A stretch of 64,000 bases of DNA, from contig JBLDXI010000029.1 of assembly GCA_047495785.1 (NCBI GenBank), forward strand, positions 2,294,001-2,358,000, given 5' to 3'. This stretch comes from Lepidodermella squamata (taxonomy: Eukaryota > Animalia > Gastrotricha). Positions 50,870 through 62,663 of this stretch are shown here, in pieces. Position 1 is the first letter of the stretch, and the number at the start of each line of letters is the position of its first letter. The translations under genes and the position numbers were made by a program. A model generated the notes under the pieces. That model did no database searches and was not told the DNA's origin. It saw only the letters and a program-made list of their open reading frames with translations.

Positions 50870-51379
50870 ATAAATAGCGGCATATTTACGAAAATAAGCT
50901 ACTAACTACGATTACTGTCAGTACATGCAGGCTTCAACCAAACTAACCTCTTCGAATTCCTGCGATGACAGCGCATAGACCAGCTCCAAATCAGCTTCAT
51001 ATCGCTTTAACCATAACGTCAAGGCATAGCGAAGAAGATCGGGAATCTTACGGTCGAAGTAGTAAGTAGCAAGAGAAAATCTGATTTAGATGCAACAATA
51101 GCTTGAATTCTGAACATTGATCTACTCTCTAAAACCAAGACCCAAGTGCCACGCGGCACGCGGTACGACACCTAAAAAACGTGCTTTCTGCACTTCCAGC
51201 CAAAAAAACATTCGCTAACAGCACTTAAAATGTGAAGGTCGTCCATTAATTTTAACGTAATTAGTCATTTAAGCAATATATTTATTATTTTATCTATTAT
51301 TTTATTTAAAAAATTCTCTTTTCAACCATAAGGTTTTGGCGCTAACATTTTTCCGGTTTTCAGCTTTCAGTGGTTAGCC

Positions 51380-51800
51380 TTTTTCTGCCTAAAATTAGGC
51401 AGAATTTTCCGCTATAGCTTTTTCTGCCTAAATGGTAAGTAGGCGCTTGAATCGCGTCAATCCCCACAAAATGCCTTTAAAATTGAATTTTCTAGTCTAT
51501 CTTGCAATAATAACTAACCTAAATGGCTTAATCCGTGAATAATTCATCATTGGCGCCCATAATAAGGCGGTTACACGTAACACGTAAAGCGTTTTACTTA
51601 GCCTGTCTTAGCGCGGCATCTTTAGTCATTATCTATCTATATTTGATTTATTTTTTATTATAATACGCTTTTTGACAAATAAATGGAGCAATACAATTAA
51701 AATGATCATTGGCATCGTTTCTGGGGCCTTCCGCTACATAGCGAAATTTTAGGCAGAAAAAGCTATAGCGGAAAATTCTGCCTAATTTTAGGCAGAAAAA
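51380..51800. mobile_element. MITE-like element with 53-bp perfect inverted repeats
   Basis: 51380-51432 is the exact reverse complement of 51748-51800. Confidence 0.75.
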
Positions 51801-52011
51801 ATTTCTCGCTTTCAGTTCCCCCGGTTGTTTCCAGTTTCGAAGAAGAACCGCATACTTGAAGACCCAAGGTGTCGCAGACTTTTAACTCTCATATTCACAT
51901 CTCATTTACACTGGCTTATTTCCACCTGATGTTTCCGACCTCAATTTAAGACTGTCAACCTAACTCCGCTTTTACTTTCTATCCATAGCACATCAATAGC
52001 GAAGTACATTT

Positions 52012-53064
52012 ATGAACGCGTTTCTTTCTAGCAACGTCCGTTCCTTGATTCAATCCGCTCGATTAGTCTCGATGGCTTCTTCAGCAAAGAGTTACAATGT
52101 CCTTGTTACGGCCGCTGGAATTCCCAAACCTGCCATCGAATTTTTGAAGGCAAAGAATTGTACCATTGACCAATGGCATCTGGAAACTGTGATGCCAACT
52201 GATGAGGTGAAAAAGCGCATCAAAGACGTTGATGCCGTTTATTGCACTCTCAACGATCAGATTTCCCGAGATGTTATTAGCGCAGCCAGTGATAAACTAA
52301 AGGTCATTTGCACCATGTCGGTAGGAGCTGATCATGTGGATAAGGCTGCTCTCAAGGAGCGGGGAATTCGGTTTGGATACACGCCCGATGTAGTTACTAA
52401 CGCTTCGGCAGAACTGATAACCTGTTTGATCCTGACTACGATGCGGAAAACCTTTCAAGGCGCACTGGCTGTGAGAAATGGCGAGTGGCCCGATGGATGG
52501 CGGCCTTTGTGGATGTGCGGTGACACGATCTGCGAATCAACACTTGGTTTTGTTGGATTTGGCCGAATTGGACAAGCTCTCGCTGCCCGACTGAAAGCAT
52601 TCAGCCCTGCTAAAATTCTTTATCATTGTCAAAATCGGAAGGCCAACCTTGAATCTGAGTTGGGTGTTACCTGGTGCGACAACTTGGACGGAATAATGCA
52701 ACAGTCTGACGTCGTGATTGTTTGCTGCGCTTTGGACGATTCAACTCGCCATTTAATGTCGAGGAGAACACTTGGTCTAATGAGAAAGGGCTCGTACTTT
52801 ATTAATGCAAGTCGCGGTGGGGTTGTGGACCAAGATGCTTTGATTGAACTGCTGCGGCAAGGTCACTTTGCAGGCGTAGGGCTTGATGTCACGACTCCTG
52901 AACCTTTACCCGCTTCTAGCGAATTGCTTAAATTTCCCGAATGTACTGTTTTCCCCCACATGGCTTCATCCTGCATTAAAACGCGTGAAAGAATGGCTGA
53001 CTTGGTTGTTCGAAACATTTGGGCCGCTTTGCAGGGCGAGCCCATGCCTGCCGAATGGAAATAA
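52012..53064 (+). CDS. GRHPR: Glyoxylate/hydroxypyruvate reductase (D-2-hydroxyacid dehydrogenase), copy 1, intronless
   Basis: TMSVGADHVD, GYTPDVVT, W.PLWMCG, GFGRIG, FINASRGGVVDQ, GLDVTTPEPL, PH catalytic motif. Confidence 0.93.
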   Translation: MNAFLSSNVRSLIQSARLVSMASSAKSYNVLVTAAGIPKPAIEFLKAKNCTIDQWHLETVMPTDEVKKRIKDVDAVYCTLNDQISRDVISAASDKLKVICTMSVGADHVDKAALKERGIRFGYTPDVVTNASAELITCLILTTMRKTFQGALAVRNGEWPDGWRPLWMCGDTICESTLGFVGFGRIGQALAARLKAFSPAKILYHCQNRKANLESELGVTWCDNLDGIMQQSDVVIVCCALDDSTRHLMSRRTLGLMRKGSYFINASRGGVVDQDALIELLRQGHFAGVGLDVTTPEPLPASSELLKFPECTVFPHMASSCIKTRERMADLVVRNIWAALQGEPMPAEWK

Positions 53065-53222
53065 CATTATAACGGTGCTCTACTTACATGACACTGAAAA
53101 CTACCGCTGCTTCCTTGTTGCATATTTATGATGATATATCACCTGCCATTTGCTTGCTATTATACCTACCAAAGAGCTATTTTTCTTCAATTCCGTTGAT
53201 GTTTTATAGGTTTTATTTGAAC

Positions 53223-54206
53223 ATGTCTGATAAACTCAGGGTATTAATAACGGCTCATGCTCTTCCAAACGTGGCTTTTGAGCTGCTGAACAACCACAAT
53301 TTTGTGATTGACCAATGGAATGAAGAGACCGTCATGCCCAAGGAGGAAATTTTAGCCAGGTCGAAGGACGTGGATGCAATTATTTGCACTGTCGTGGATC
53401 AAATCACTAAAGAAATCGTCGAAAACGCTAGCCGACTTAAAGTTATTAGCACATTTTCTGTAGGGACTGATCATATAGATAAATTGGCTCTTAAGCAACG
53501 AGGAATCCGTTTAGGCCACACTCCAGATGTTTTGACGGATTCAGTCGCTGACTTGATAATTTGTTTAGTTCTGGCTAGTACGCGTCGAATTTTCGAAGCT
53601 GCCCAAGCTGTGAAAAACGGAGAGTGGGACGACAAATGGCGGCCATTTTGGTTAACAGGAAAATCTATGACAAGCTCAAGCTTTGGCCTGATAGGTCTTG
53701 GCAGAATCGGTCAAGCAGTTGCTCGTCGCTTGATACCTTTCAAACCCTCTAAAATCAAATACCATTGCAGAAGCCCAAAATTAGATTTAGAAGAGGACCT
53801 TGGCGTCATGTTCACGAAGAATATGGACGATTTATTAAAGGAATCAGATGTCGTTATTGTTTGTTGCTCTTTGAATGATTCAACGCGACAATTATTGAGC
53901 AAGGATAAACTTGGATTAATGAAGAAAGGGTCGTATCTAATCAATGCTAGTCGAGGTGATGTATTTGACCAAGACGGGCTGGTTGAACTATTGCAACAGG
54001 GCCATTTCGCCGGAGTAGCGTTGGACGTGTGTTCACCGGAACCGCTACCAGCGAATCACGAGCTGTTGAATTTTAAAGAGGTGATCGTCCTTCCTCACGT
54101 GGGGGCAGCTGTGAACGAAACACGAACTAAAATGGCAGAGTTGACAGTTAACAATGTCATTGCTGCTTTGGAAGGCCGTGAAATGCCTGCGGAATACACT
54201 CTATAG
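53223..54206 (+). CDS. GRHPR: Glyoxylate/hydroxypyruvate reductase, copy 2, intronless
   Basis: Likely start MSDKLRVLIT at 53223. SVGTDHID, GLGRIG, INASRG, LDVCSPEPL, LPHVGAA. Confidence 0.92.
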   Translation: MSDKLRVLITAHALPNVAFELLNNHNFVIDQWNEETVMPKEEILARSKDVDAIICTVVDQITKEIVENASRLKVISTFSVGTDHIDKLALKQRGIRLGHTPDVLTDSVADLIICLVLASTRRIFEAAQAVKNGEWDDKWRPFWLTGKSMTSSSFGLIGLGRIGQAVARRLIPFKPSKIKYHCRSPKLDLEEDLGVMFTKNMDDLLKESDVVIVCCSLNDSTRQLLSKDKLGLMKKGSYLINASRGDVFDQDGLVELLQQGHFAGVALDVCSPEPLPANHELLNFKEVIVLPHVGAAVNETRTKMAELTVNNVIAALEGREMPAEYTL

Positions 54207-54311
54207 CGATGCTTTGCTAACATTTTGAATAATTAGGACTCAGTCGGATTATTTTTCAACAATTTTTATCAATTTTTTCTCTAAATCTAGAGTTGAAATA
54301 TATTAGCTGAG

Positions 54312-57300
54312 ATGGTTTTAACACCCCACGAGCTGTGCCGAATCGACGATGCCGCGTCTAGTCTCATCGTCGATCCTTATTTGCGATTTCGAACTCACAA
54401 GATGAGCACTCGATTTCGGTCGAAAAACGACGAAGACGACTGTGCGAAATTGCTCAACGATTACCGCCGACACGGAAATATCGAACTAGCCGTCGACAGC
54501 TACATGCAGACGTCGACGATTCAGTCGTTTTGGCGCGTTTCTGGGCTGAAGAAACCATCGCCGGCTAAAATTCAGGACGTTCGAGATCACATCGCAGCGT
54601 ATTTGCTCATGTTCAGCCGCGATGCCGGCTTCGAAATTCGGCCGTGCTATCGCTATTCGGGCGAGCGGAATCTCGGCGCCAAGTTGTGTATTACAAAGTT
54701 CTTTCGGAAAGATGACGTCATAACGTGTCTGATTGGCAAAACTGCGTTGCTGACGCCGGATGACGAGAAGAAAATTCTGAAGCCAGGCGCCAATGATTTC
54801 TCTGTCATGTAAGCAGAATTATTTGCGTAATTTCTAACATTTGAATATAGCATTCAAGGGATAAAAAAATTACGGTAAATTATTATCCCTGCTCTAGATT
54901 TTCCGTAAATATGGTTTTCCAGGTCATCCTTGAAATCTTGGTTTTTATTAGGCGTATTTTTCGCTGTCGCCAGTAAATTTACTAGTTGAGCTTCAGTCTG
55001 TAGAGCCGATATCGATTTCGATTCTAGAAATCAGTCATTTTCACGATATCAGTAATCTTGGAATCCAACATCGGTCCACATACCTGAGGGTACCAGGCAG
55101 CCAAAATAAAGAGGGTCTTACTTTTAGCGGAACTAAATTTTTGAATTTCTATTGGACCAAAAACCACTTTTTGAAACTTTCAGGGATGTCATGATTGATC
55201 AGCTTAATTCAAAATAAACCATATTAAATTCAGCGTGAAATTCTGTATAGGACGCATTTTTTCGCTTCACAATATATTGCCTCAATTTCGTAGAAATATT
55301 CGAAAAGCGACCTTTGGTTTATCTAAAATTAGAAAAATTAAAAAATTAAATTAAAATTAGCTTCCGCGACTTGCAGATTTGGTTCCGCTAAAAGATATTC
55401 AGAACTAACAATTCCTACGGACCATGAAGAAGGAAAATTTATTGCTGGAACCTCAGTTTTATCGGTGACAATATTTACATCCGCATTCTGGGAAAAACGA
55501 GGATCATTTTGAGACCGAAAGTTATGAAAAAATTATGCTAATTTTCCGCTAATTTTGAGGTTTCTATACCCTGTGGTTACTAAATATTTTCCCAATTGAG
55601 CTAACTGGTAACTCTAAGGTATGCAAAAATTGATTAAATTAGTTCTCAAAATGAAGACCGCAAGGAATCTGCGGAAGTCTCTCCAAGGAATGACCAGGAA
55701 AATTGCAAAAATTTTGCGGGCTACGTTGGTTTTGCATATAGGCAATTTCGGTAGTAATGAAATAAGATTCCACCGTTAACGCTGATTCTGATTAATGGGG
55801 AATACGCCACTTACACAAAAAGTTTTGAACAAACTTTTTTGCACAAAATCGATTTTTTTTATTCGTTCGAATCGTCGATGAATTCAAAGCATCGCTGATA
55901 CATTTGTTTCGAATGGTTGTAAACAAGAAGGAGCGCGTGCTCATTTATTTCTACGGCACAGGATGTTAAATTTGCTTGTCTTTGACGGTTTAAAGGCTCG
56001 TTTTCTCACCAATGCGGGAGACAATTTTACTCCAATTCACTGTCACTTGAATAAAAGTATCAGCGATGCTTAGAATTCATCGACGATTCGAACGAATAAA
56101 AAAATCGATTTTGTGCAAAAAAGTTTGTGCAAGTTTGTTTGTGCACAACTTTTTGTGCAAAAAGTTTTGTGCATGTCGAGTATACCCGATTAATGCATTT
56201 AACCCTCCCGTGAAAACTTCCAATGAAAATTTGGTAGTGAACGCGGAAGGTTTGATGTCTTTGGATGATATTTTCCTCATTTGAATTGGGGTTTGAGAAA
56301 AACCTTAGCATTTGTAATTTTATTCCAATTTTTTATTAAATTATATTGTATTGTTCACTGCTCTTTTGCGCATATATTTTGTTAATTTCCGTTTTATTTT
56401 ATCGAAAATGCAGATATTCCACCCGGAAAGGCATGGCTATGCTTTGGCTGGGCCCAGCTTCGTACGTTAACCACGACTGCGACCCGAGTTGCGAGCTCGT
56501 GCGTAAAAACAACCAAACCGTGGTTCTACGAGCTTTACGCGACCTTCGACCAATGGACGAAATTACCATCTACTACGGCGACGGCTTTTTCGGCCCCGGC
56601 AACGAGCTGTGCGAATGCGAAACCTGCGAACGTCTTCAACAGGGTGCTTTCTCGAACAAACAACCTGATACAGAAGCTCAAGCTCAACCTCAACAGAATG
56701 ACGACAATCCATCAGTTGCGTCTTCGCTGGTTAACTCGGAGGGCGGTAAGCCGGTCTCGGAAGATTCTGAACAGTCGAGCAGTTCGGCGAAGCGACGGCG
56801 GGGCGAATCGATGTTGAAGTCGTTGAATTCGGTGAATCTGGGCCGGGCTTGGCGGCCGTCGCCAACTGTTGCATCTGCTTCATCTGCGTCAACTTCAGGC
56901 GAGGGCGACGGCGAAAGTGGACCGAAAAAGTACACTTTAAGAGAGCGGCGAAGCCAGAGTAAGATTGATATTTATTTCTATTGGTCTTGATTTTTTTAAT
57001 TTAAAGTAATTTATTTACTAAAAAATGGCTTTCAAATTTGTTGGGAATTTCATGAATAATTAACGGAAATTTAAATAAATTGTGCGTGATTTTTATTTTT
57101 TTTTGAAACACTGTCATGGTTTGACAAAATAATTGGAAAAAATTTCCGAAAAAATGCGTTTGGTGCAATAGTTAATAATCTATAATGACGGACACCTATC
57201 GTATATAATGATCAATAATGACCCCAGGATTGTGCTATTATTTTGGAAAAAATATAATGCTCATACCCTAAAGGGAGGTAATATTTAACCATCCGGATAA

Positions 57301-59711
57301 TAATATTTTCACTCCGAAAAAATGTATGCGAGCATCGTGATGTATCCGAAAATTGACAAATTCTTTTGCATCGTCAATTATCTCTACAAAGCAAAAAACC
57401 CAACGCCGAATTGGGTGAGGGGGTGGGGGGCGAAAGTGGAGTACGAAAGGTGTTCTGACGCCGCCAGGGATCTGAGACCTTGCTTGCTCGCTGCTCAGCA
57501 GTTCCGAAGTGGTTATCAGCCAGGTCTGATTTTATTCATCCAAATTCAAATCAGTTTCACGTGAGGAAACATTTAACAATAACAATTCTTGGAATCAGGA
57601 ATAAGAATACTAAGGGCAAGTTTTGCCACTTACATGTATCTTCAATTTGTCAGCAGCCAAGCAAAACTCGCTCATCGCAAGTTTTGTGGTGAGGGCCTCA
57701 GGAGCCACGAACGTCGGGTTCGATACCATATTAGCGAGGACAAGCTGGTGCAGCACAGCGTCGTTTATAGGCGATAGGCTCTTAACCACGGCATAGGATT
57801 GAACCTGAGCCGTGACTCCGACACTCATCGTATACTGCACGGTAGCTGACGTGGGCGCTTTAAATCCTTGAAGGTCGTAGACTTGTTGCGTCGGGGCACA
57901 GATCGCTTGGCCCACTAATCTGATGGGCAGTGCAGCATTTGAAGGAACCTGATACGTGTAAACACGTAAAAAACAGAGTTGTCCATGTTGTTCGAGATGA
58001 TGTCCATGTTTTTCGAGGCTTTCCTGAATGGCTTTGAGTCTCTTGTCCAAAATAAGTCAGTAACAGACAGTAAAAAAGCTGTAACAGCGCTTCCCGTTTG
58101 CAGCTTGACGATCAGCTTGAGTGGATTATTCGCGATAGTAAACGTTTTTACCCAATGCCGGGCGAGAGTAGTTAATTTCTTGCTTGAGTACGCTTATATT
58201 GACACGCTGCGGGAACACTTTGCGAGGGAGATTGTTCCATTCGTCGATCAGTTGCAGAAGGCGAGAGTAGTTACGAGTTAGAGTTGGAACTGGTGACGAG
58301 TTGCAAAGCCCTCGTATTTGCAAAGCTTCGCTCCGCTTTTCCGCATTTTGCAGATGTAATACACTGTAAAGCCCGAATTTCGAGGATGCGGGTGAGTTGA
58401 ATCTACCCACAAATCAGGATACTTCGTCCGTATTTACTGCTTGGCGGCGGCGAGAGATAACCCGAGTTGTAAGGATTCAAATATATCGAATTCATCGCTT
58501 GGCAGCGACAAAGGACGGTCATCTTCTTCCTCTAATTCTGGGTTAACGGCGTAAGCATCATCGTTCGTACTCAAAAACAGCGTCACGATTAAAATAAATT
58601 TTGCTAGTGTTAATTCCGCTATTAAAAATCAAGGAATGATATCGAATGGTTCCACAGGCCGGCTTGTTCTGTTTTGCCAGAGGCTGCCACTTTTTAATGC
58701 TACGCAATTACTAATATTCGGATGATTTAAAAACATTTTCGGATAAAATTCGCGTTTTGATTTGAAAAAAAAATATTTCGGATGGCTCGCAGATATTTTT
58801 TTATACCATATTTGGAGGTTAGATATGCAGCCCACAAATGCTTGGATCCCCATAGATTTTACCTATCCATCTCACTGGATTAGGATAATATTTTAAAGCA
58901 CAAAAAATGAATGAAAAATTCAAAATTTATTTTGCAATTGAAAGGTGACATGCCGGAAATTGTCGAAGATATCGACAAAGAAGGAGGTTTGTTTCATATC
59001 GAATCATTAGGCTTTGTAATTTGTCAAAAAACTACGTTATGTCTCGTTTAAATCTAGTTTTAACTTCATTTGTTCATTAGAATTTCTTTCAAATTTGAAT
59101 ATTATTTCTAAAATTCTATTTTTCATGTAGATTTTCCGAATTCTCGATGGTCTTTGGCGCCGGAAATGACCAGTCCAGACCTAATCGGAGGCCGACCTTC
59201 GCCGACAAACAGCGCAAGGCCCGCCAGTACGAACTCGGGCGCGTCCACTGAAGGCGTTGTCCTGAGGAAACGCCCAAATCGCGGCGTCGATTCCTCCGAT
59301 CCGCAGTCATCCAGCCGGACAGATTCGCCGGTTGGCCAGCAGGAAATCAGGCTAACTCGTCGCCACACAGCTACGTCAATGGCGGCGGCTCGAAGTTCGC
59401 CGACAATGCCGCCTTACCCGCAAGAAAGAAGGCCTAGGAACAATAGTAGAACTCCGAAAAAACAACCGAAAAGCTCATTGCCGCCAGCTGAAAACATCAC
59501 CTCAAATGATAATAATAATAATAATGATAATGCCACACCGTTAGATTCTCATATAATCGAAATTCCTGTAATAATCGATGAACCGATTAGCGAAGACGGG
59601 AAGAAAGTTGATGTTGTTATTGAACAAGCTCAAGTTGAAACTGAAGTTGAAAAAATAGACCAACCGATCAGCACTGCCGTTGATGATCTGGTTGCGACCG
59701 GCAGCTCATGA
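54312..59711 (+). CDS. KMT5B: Histone H4K20 methyltransferase SUV4-20
   Basis: ELCRIDDAASSLIVDPYL.FRTHKM, GFEIRPCYRYSGE, NDFSV, LWLGPASYVNHDC, EITIYYGDGFFG, CECETCER, YTLRE. Exons 54312-54808, 56414-56958, 59131-59711 join in frame. Confidence 0.93.
55838..56120. mobile_element. MITE-like inverted repeat in SUV4-20 intron 1
   Basis: ~64-bp near-perfect inverted arms at 55838-55901 and 56057-56120. Confidence 0.65.
58126..58330 (-). mobile_element. 3' fragment of a non-LTR retrotransposon (LINE) ORF2
   Basis: IDEWNNLPRKVF...SVLKQEIN matches the WNxLP C-terminal motif of L2/CR1-type ORF2. Confidence 0.55.
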
Positions 59712-61065
59712 GTAAATCGAGAAAAAATCCTCCTTAATTTTTTCGAGTTCGATTGTATAATTAATTGTCGTGCGCAGTATTTTGATGTGTTTTTCTCATC
59801 GAATAAAAAATTGAGTCATGTTATAATAATTGTAAACCGGTTAGCGTTATATTAACTATTTTTCGAGGGCTTGTATTTTGCTCTAATATTCGACCTCTTA
59901 TTTTTCTTGCGACTGGTCTTTTCTTCTCTTTTTCTACTGAACAGCTTTGTTGTGTCTTCATCTTCATGTCAAATGATGTCTTCTGGAAGAAATATATTAA
60001 AAAAATACAGGTGCGATTGATTGCCCGGTTGATTGGCGCGGTGATTATTCTTATCTTGAAAATAAGATGATTTTTCTTGACTTAATTTTGTTCCTGTTTG
60101 TGTTGTTTTATACTAAAAAAAATCAGTCGCGTTCAGTACGCAACTTTTTCTCCGAAAACCGTTTTTCACGCTCGCAATAACTATAAGGCGAAGTTATTAT
60201 TTAGTTGGAAATATGATAGATTGAAGGTATAAAATAAAAATTGTTGAGCGTTGTGAAACTGCCTTTTTCTTCGTTTTTCCACGATGGAGGGGCTTTGTAG
60301 CCCTCGTTAACTCATTCCCTATTTGAAAGATTGTGCAGCTGAAGCAACTGGAAAACTTGAGATGTTATTGGAATATCACGCGCGGTCTTAACTTCGTAAA
60401 AATCAAGACTGAGAAAATTTAACCTTAGTGCGACTTTGCGCGTGAGCCGAGTCCTGATTTTTAACAAATTAATTTCCGCGCGAAGATGTAGAGCGTTATT
60501 TCTAAATATCGTGTCGGTTTATATACCAATAAATAATTCAGTCAATTTTCTATTGATTGGATATGGGGCTCTCGCCTAAAAAATTAATGGGAAATTGTTC
60601 TACGGGCAGGCCAAATTTCTGAAAAGAAGTGCGCGCGCTCTCAAACCGTGCGCAAAATTTAAGATGCACGTAAAACGTTTTCCCATTAATTTTTACGCGC
60701 GAGAATTCTATAATCTATTCGATAGAAAATTGACGGACCTTTATTTTGGTATAACATCCGCCTGAATAGTGAAAACCAACCACTTGACATTACCGTGCGG
60801 CACTGAAATTTACAAAAATTTATGAAAAGTCCACTTTTACCCTCTGATTGCGCAATTAATGCATAGAGAACGAAGTGATGTAGTGATGTAGTGATCACTA
60901 CTCTCTCTATGAATAAATGAGGGGGCCTGCTAGAAACTAAGTATGGCCCGGAATTGAGCCGTTTATTGCAGCATGGTTTCTAACGGAAATATGAGCTTTT
61001 TTCTAACTTGATTTGCTCTAATAGACCTTGCTTCAAGATTTATTCGATCCTGAATCAGTAGCTCG

Positions 61066-62663
61066 ATGGCGACGGAAGCCAAGTATTTTGAGAAATATCC
61101 TGTTTTGGACATGTCAGATGTCATCATGAAAACTTACCTGGACCTTTTTAAAAGCTCGACGAATAGCGATGTCACCTTCAAGATGGACGACGGTTCGGTG
61201 ATCAGAGCCCACAGTTTGATTCTGAAAAGCCAGCTACCGTATTTTGAGAAGATGTTTGATTCTGGCCATTTTATCGAGGGGAAAACGGGTCAAGTTGAAT
61301 TGCCAGGAAAAACTCATTCAACGGTGAAGCTCTTGTTACGATATCTGTATATCGGCCGAATCGACATACACGAATTGACCCTGGATGCTATTCTTGAAAT
61401 CTATCGAGTAGCTCACGAATTCGATATTTCGGCAATGCTTGCGGTGTTGGAGCTAGTTTTTGAGGTGGGATTGATTTTCTAGAATGCATAGCCATTAGCA
61501 TGCAAGGCTGGTTTAATTAGCTGAAAATATACATTTTCATTTGAGTTTTTCATTATTTGAGGTTTTCTATTTGAGTTTTTCCGAATGCCAATGTTGAACA
61601 TTTTTTCAGGAGGTGATTGACAGAGACAATGTCTGGAAATTTTTCGACAACGCTCTGTTTCTTGGACGGCGAGATTTTCTTGAGATTTGTCAAGATTTCA
61701 TCAATTCGAATGCGAGCGACTTGATCGATTCGCCTGCCATTATCGACCTATCGAAAGATGGGCTGATCGGCGTCATTTCAAATGACGACTTCAGTGCTCC
61801 TGAAATCGAAATATTGCGGGTGATCTGCAAATGGCAAGAAGCAAACAATCACTCGGGCATAGCGGATATATTGAACCAGGTTCGATTCGGCTTGACAGAA
61901 GTTCACGGCTACACGCTCTGTCAAATTGCGCCCCTCTACAAGCTTCTAGCGGAAAAAAATTGCTTGGAATTGCTTGAGAATAACGGCGATGCTCGCAAGC
62001 GGCGAATCGTAGTAGGCAGAAAATGGAGGCTCGTTTGCTCCAAAGGTCCATATTATATATTACAAATACCAATCATGATCAATCAATGAACATTTTTCGC
62101 AGCTGCCGTCGGAAACGGAACTCAAGTTACGGGCCTTCCAGCTCTCGATTTGTTCGGGCCACCTTCTTGGAATGGTAAAACAATTCCCCGATCTGAGGCT
62201 GTTATTGTGACGATGCCGAAGCCGAGTTACATTTCTTCGATTTCGTTTTCGATTCACAGCGGAGGCTTTAATAATTGTATGTACTCGATTGAGTTTTCTC
62301 CCAGTCTGGAAGGTACTTGGTTGCGATTAAATAATGAGAAAATCGCAGGAGAAAATCTCAGTAACGATTTATCTCGTTTCCAAGTTATATTTTTCCGGAA
62401 AAAGAGAATATGTCGCGGTAAGTTATGCTTGATTTGGATTTGATTTTCCTGCATTTATTAAACCATCTTGTATCTCTTGTATTACAGTGCGAATTACAGA
62501 GGTTTCAGGGTTGTCGTCGAATTACACGGTACAACAGTTCTCATGCCCGTCTCCGGACTACGAAGCCGAGTTTTACGCCGATTATCTTTCCCTTTATCCC
62601 AATGGCGAGACAGTGCTATACGAAATCAATAAAAACGGAGTTATGCGTCGGCTTGTAGTTTGA
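61066..62663 (+). CDS. BTB/POZ-BACK domain protein (BTBD9-like architecture)
   Basis: SDVTFKM...IRAHSLILK..LPYFEKMF...LLRYLYIG (BTB); EIEILRVICKW...ILNQVRF (BACK); beta-rich C-terminus. Last exon ends RRLVV*. Confidence 0.85.

Larger units (their letters stand above)
48600..51080 (-). ncRNA. Multi-exon non-coding snoRNA host gene (UHG/GAS5-like)
   Basis: Regular series of GT donors and YAG acceptors defines ~40-90-nt exons; exon 50727-50664 has stops in all three frames. Nine consecutive introns each hold one C/D snoRNA. Pyrimidine-rich putative start at ~51079. 3' end uncertain. Confidence 0.8.

Noticed and set aside
48900-50870. Regularly spaced short repeats suggesting a CRISPR array or satellite
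   Set aside because: Eukaryotic context; the units carry C/D boxes and rRNA-antisense guides and sit in introns.
60365-60532. Imperfect inverted repeat as a structured ncRNA
   Set aside because: No recognisable RNA family motifs; more likely an old MITE.
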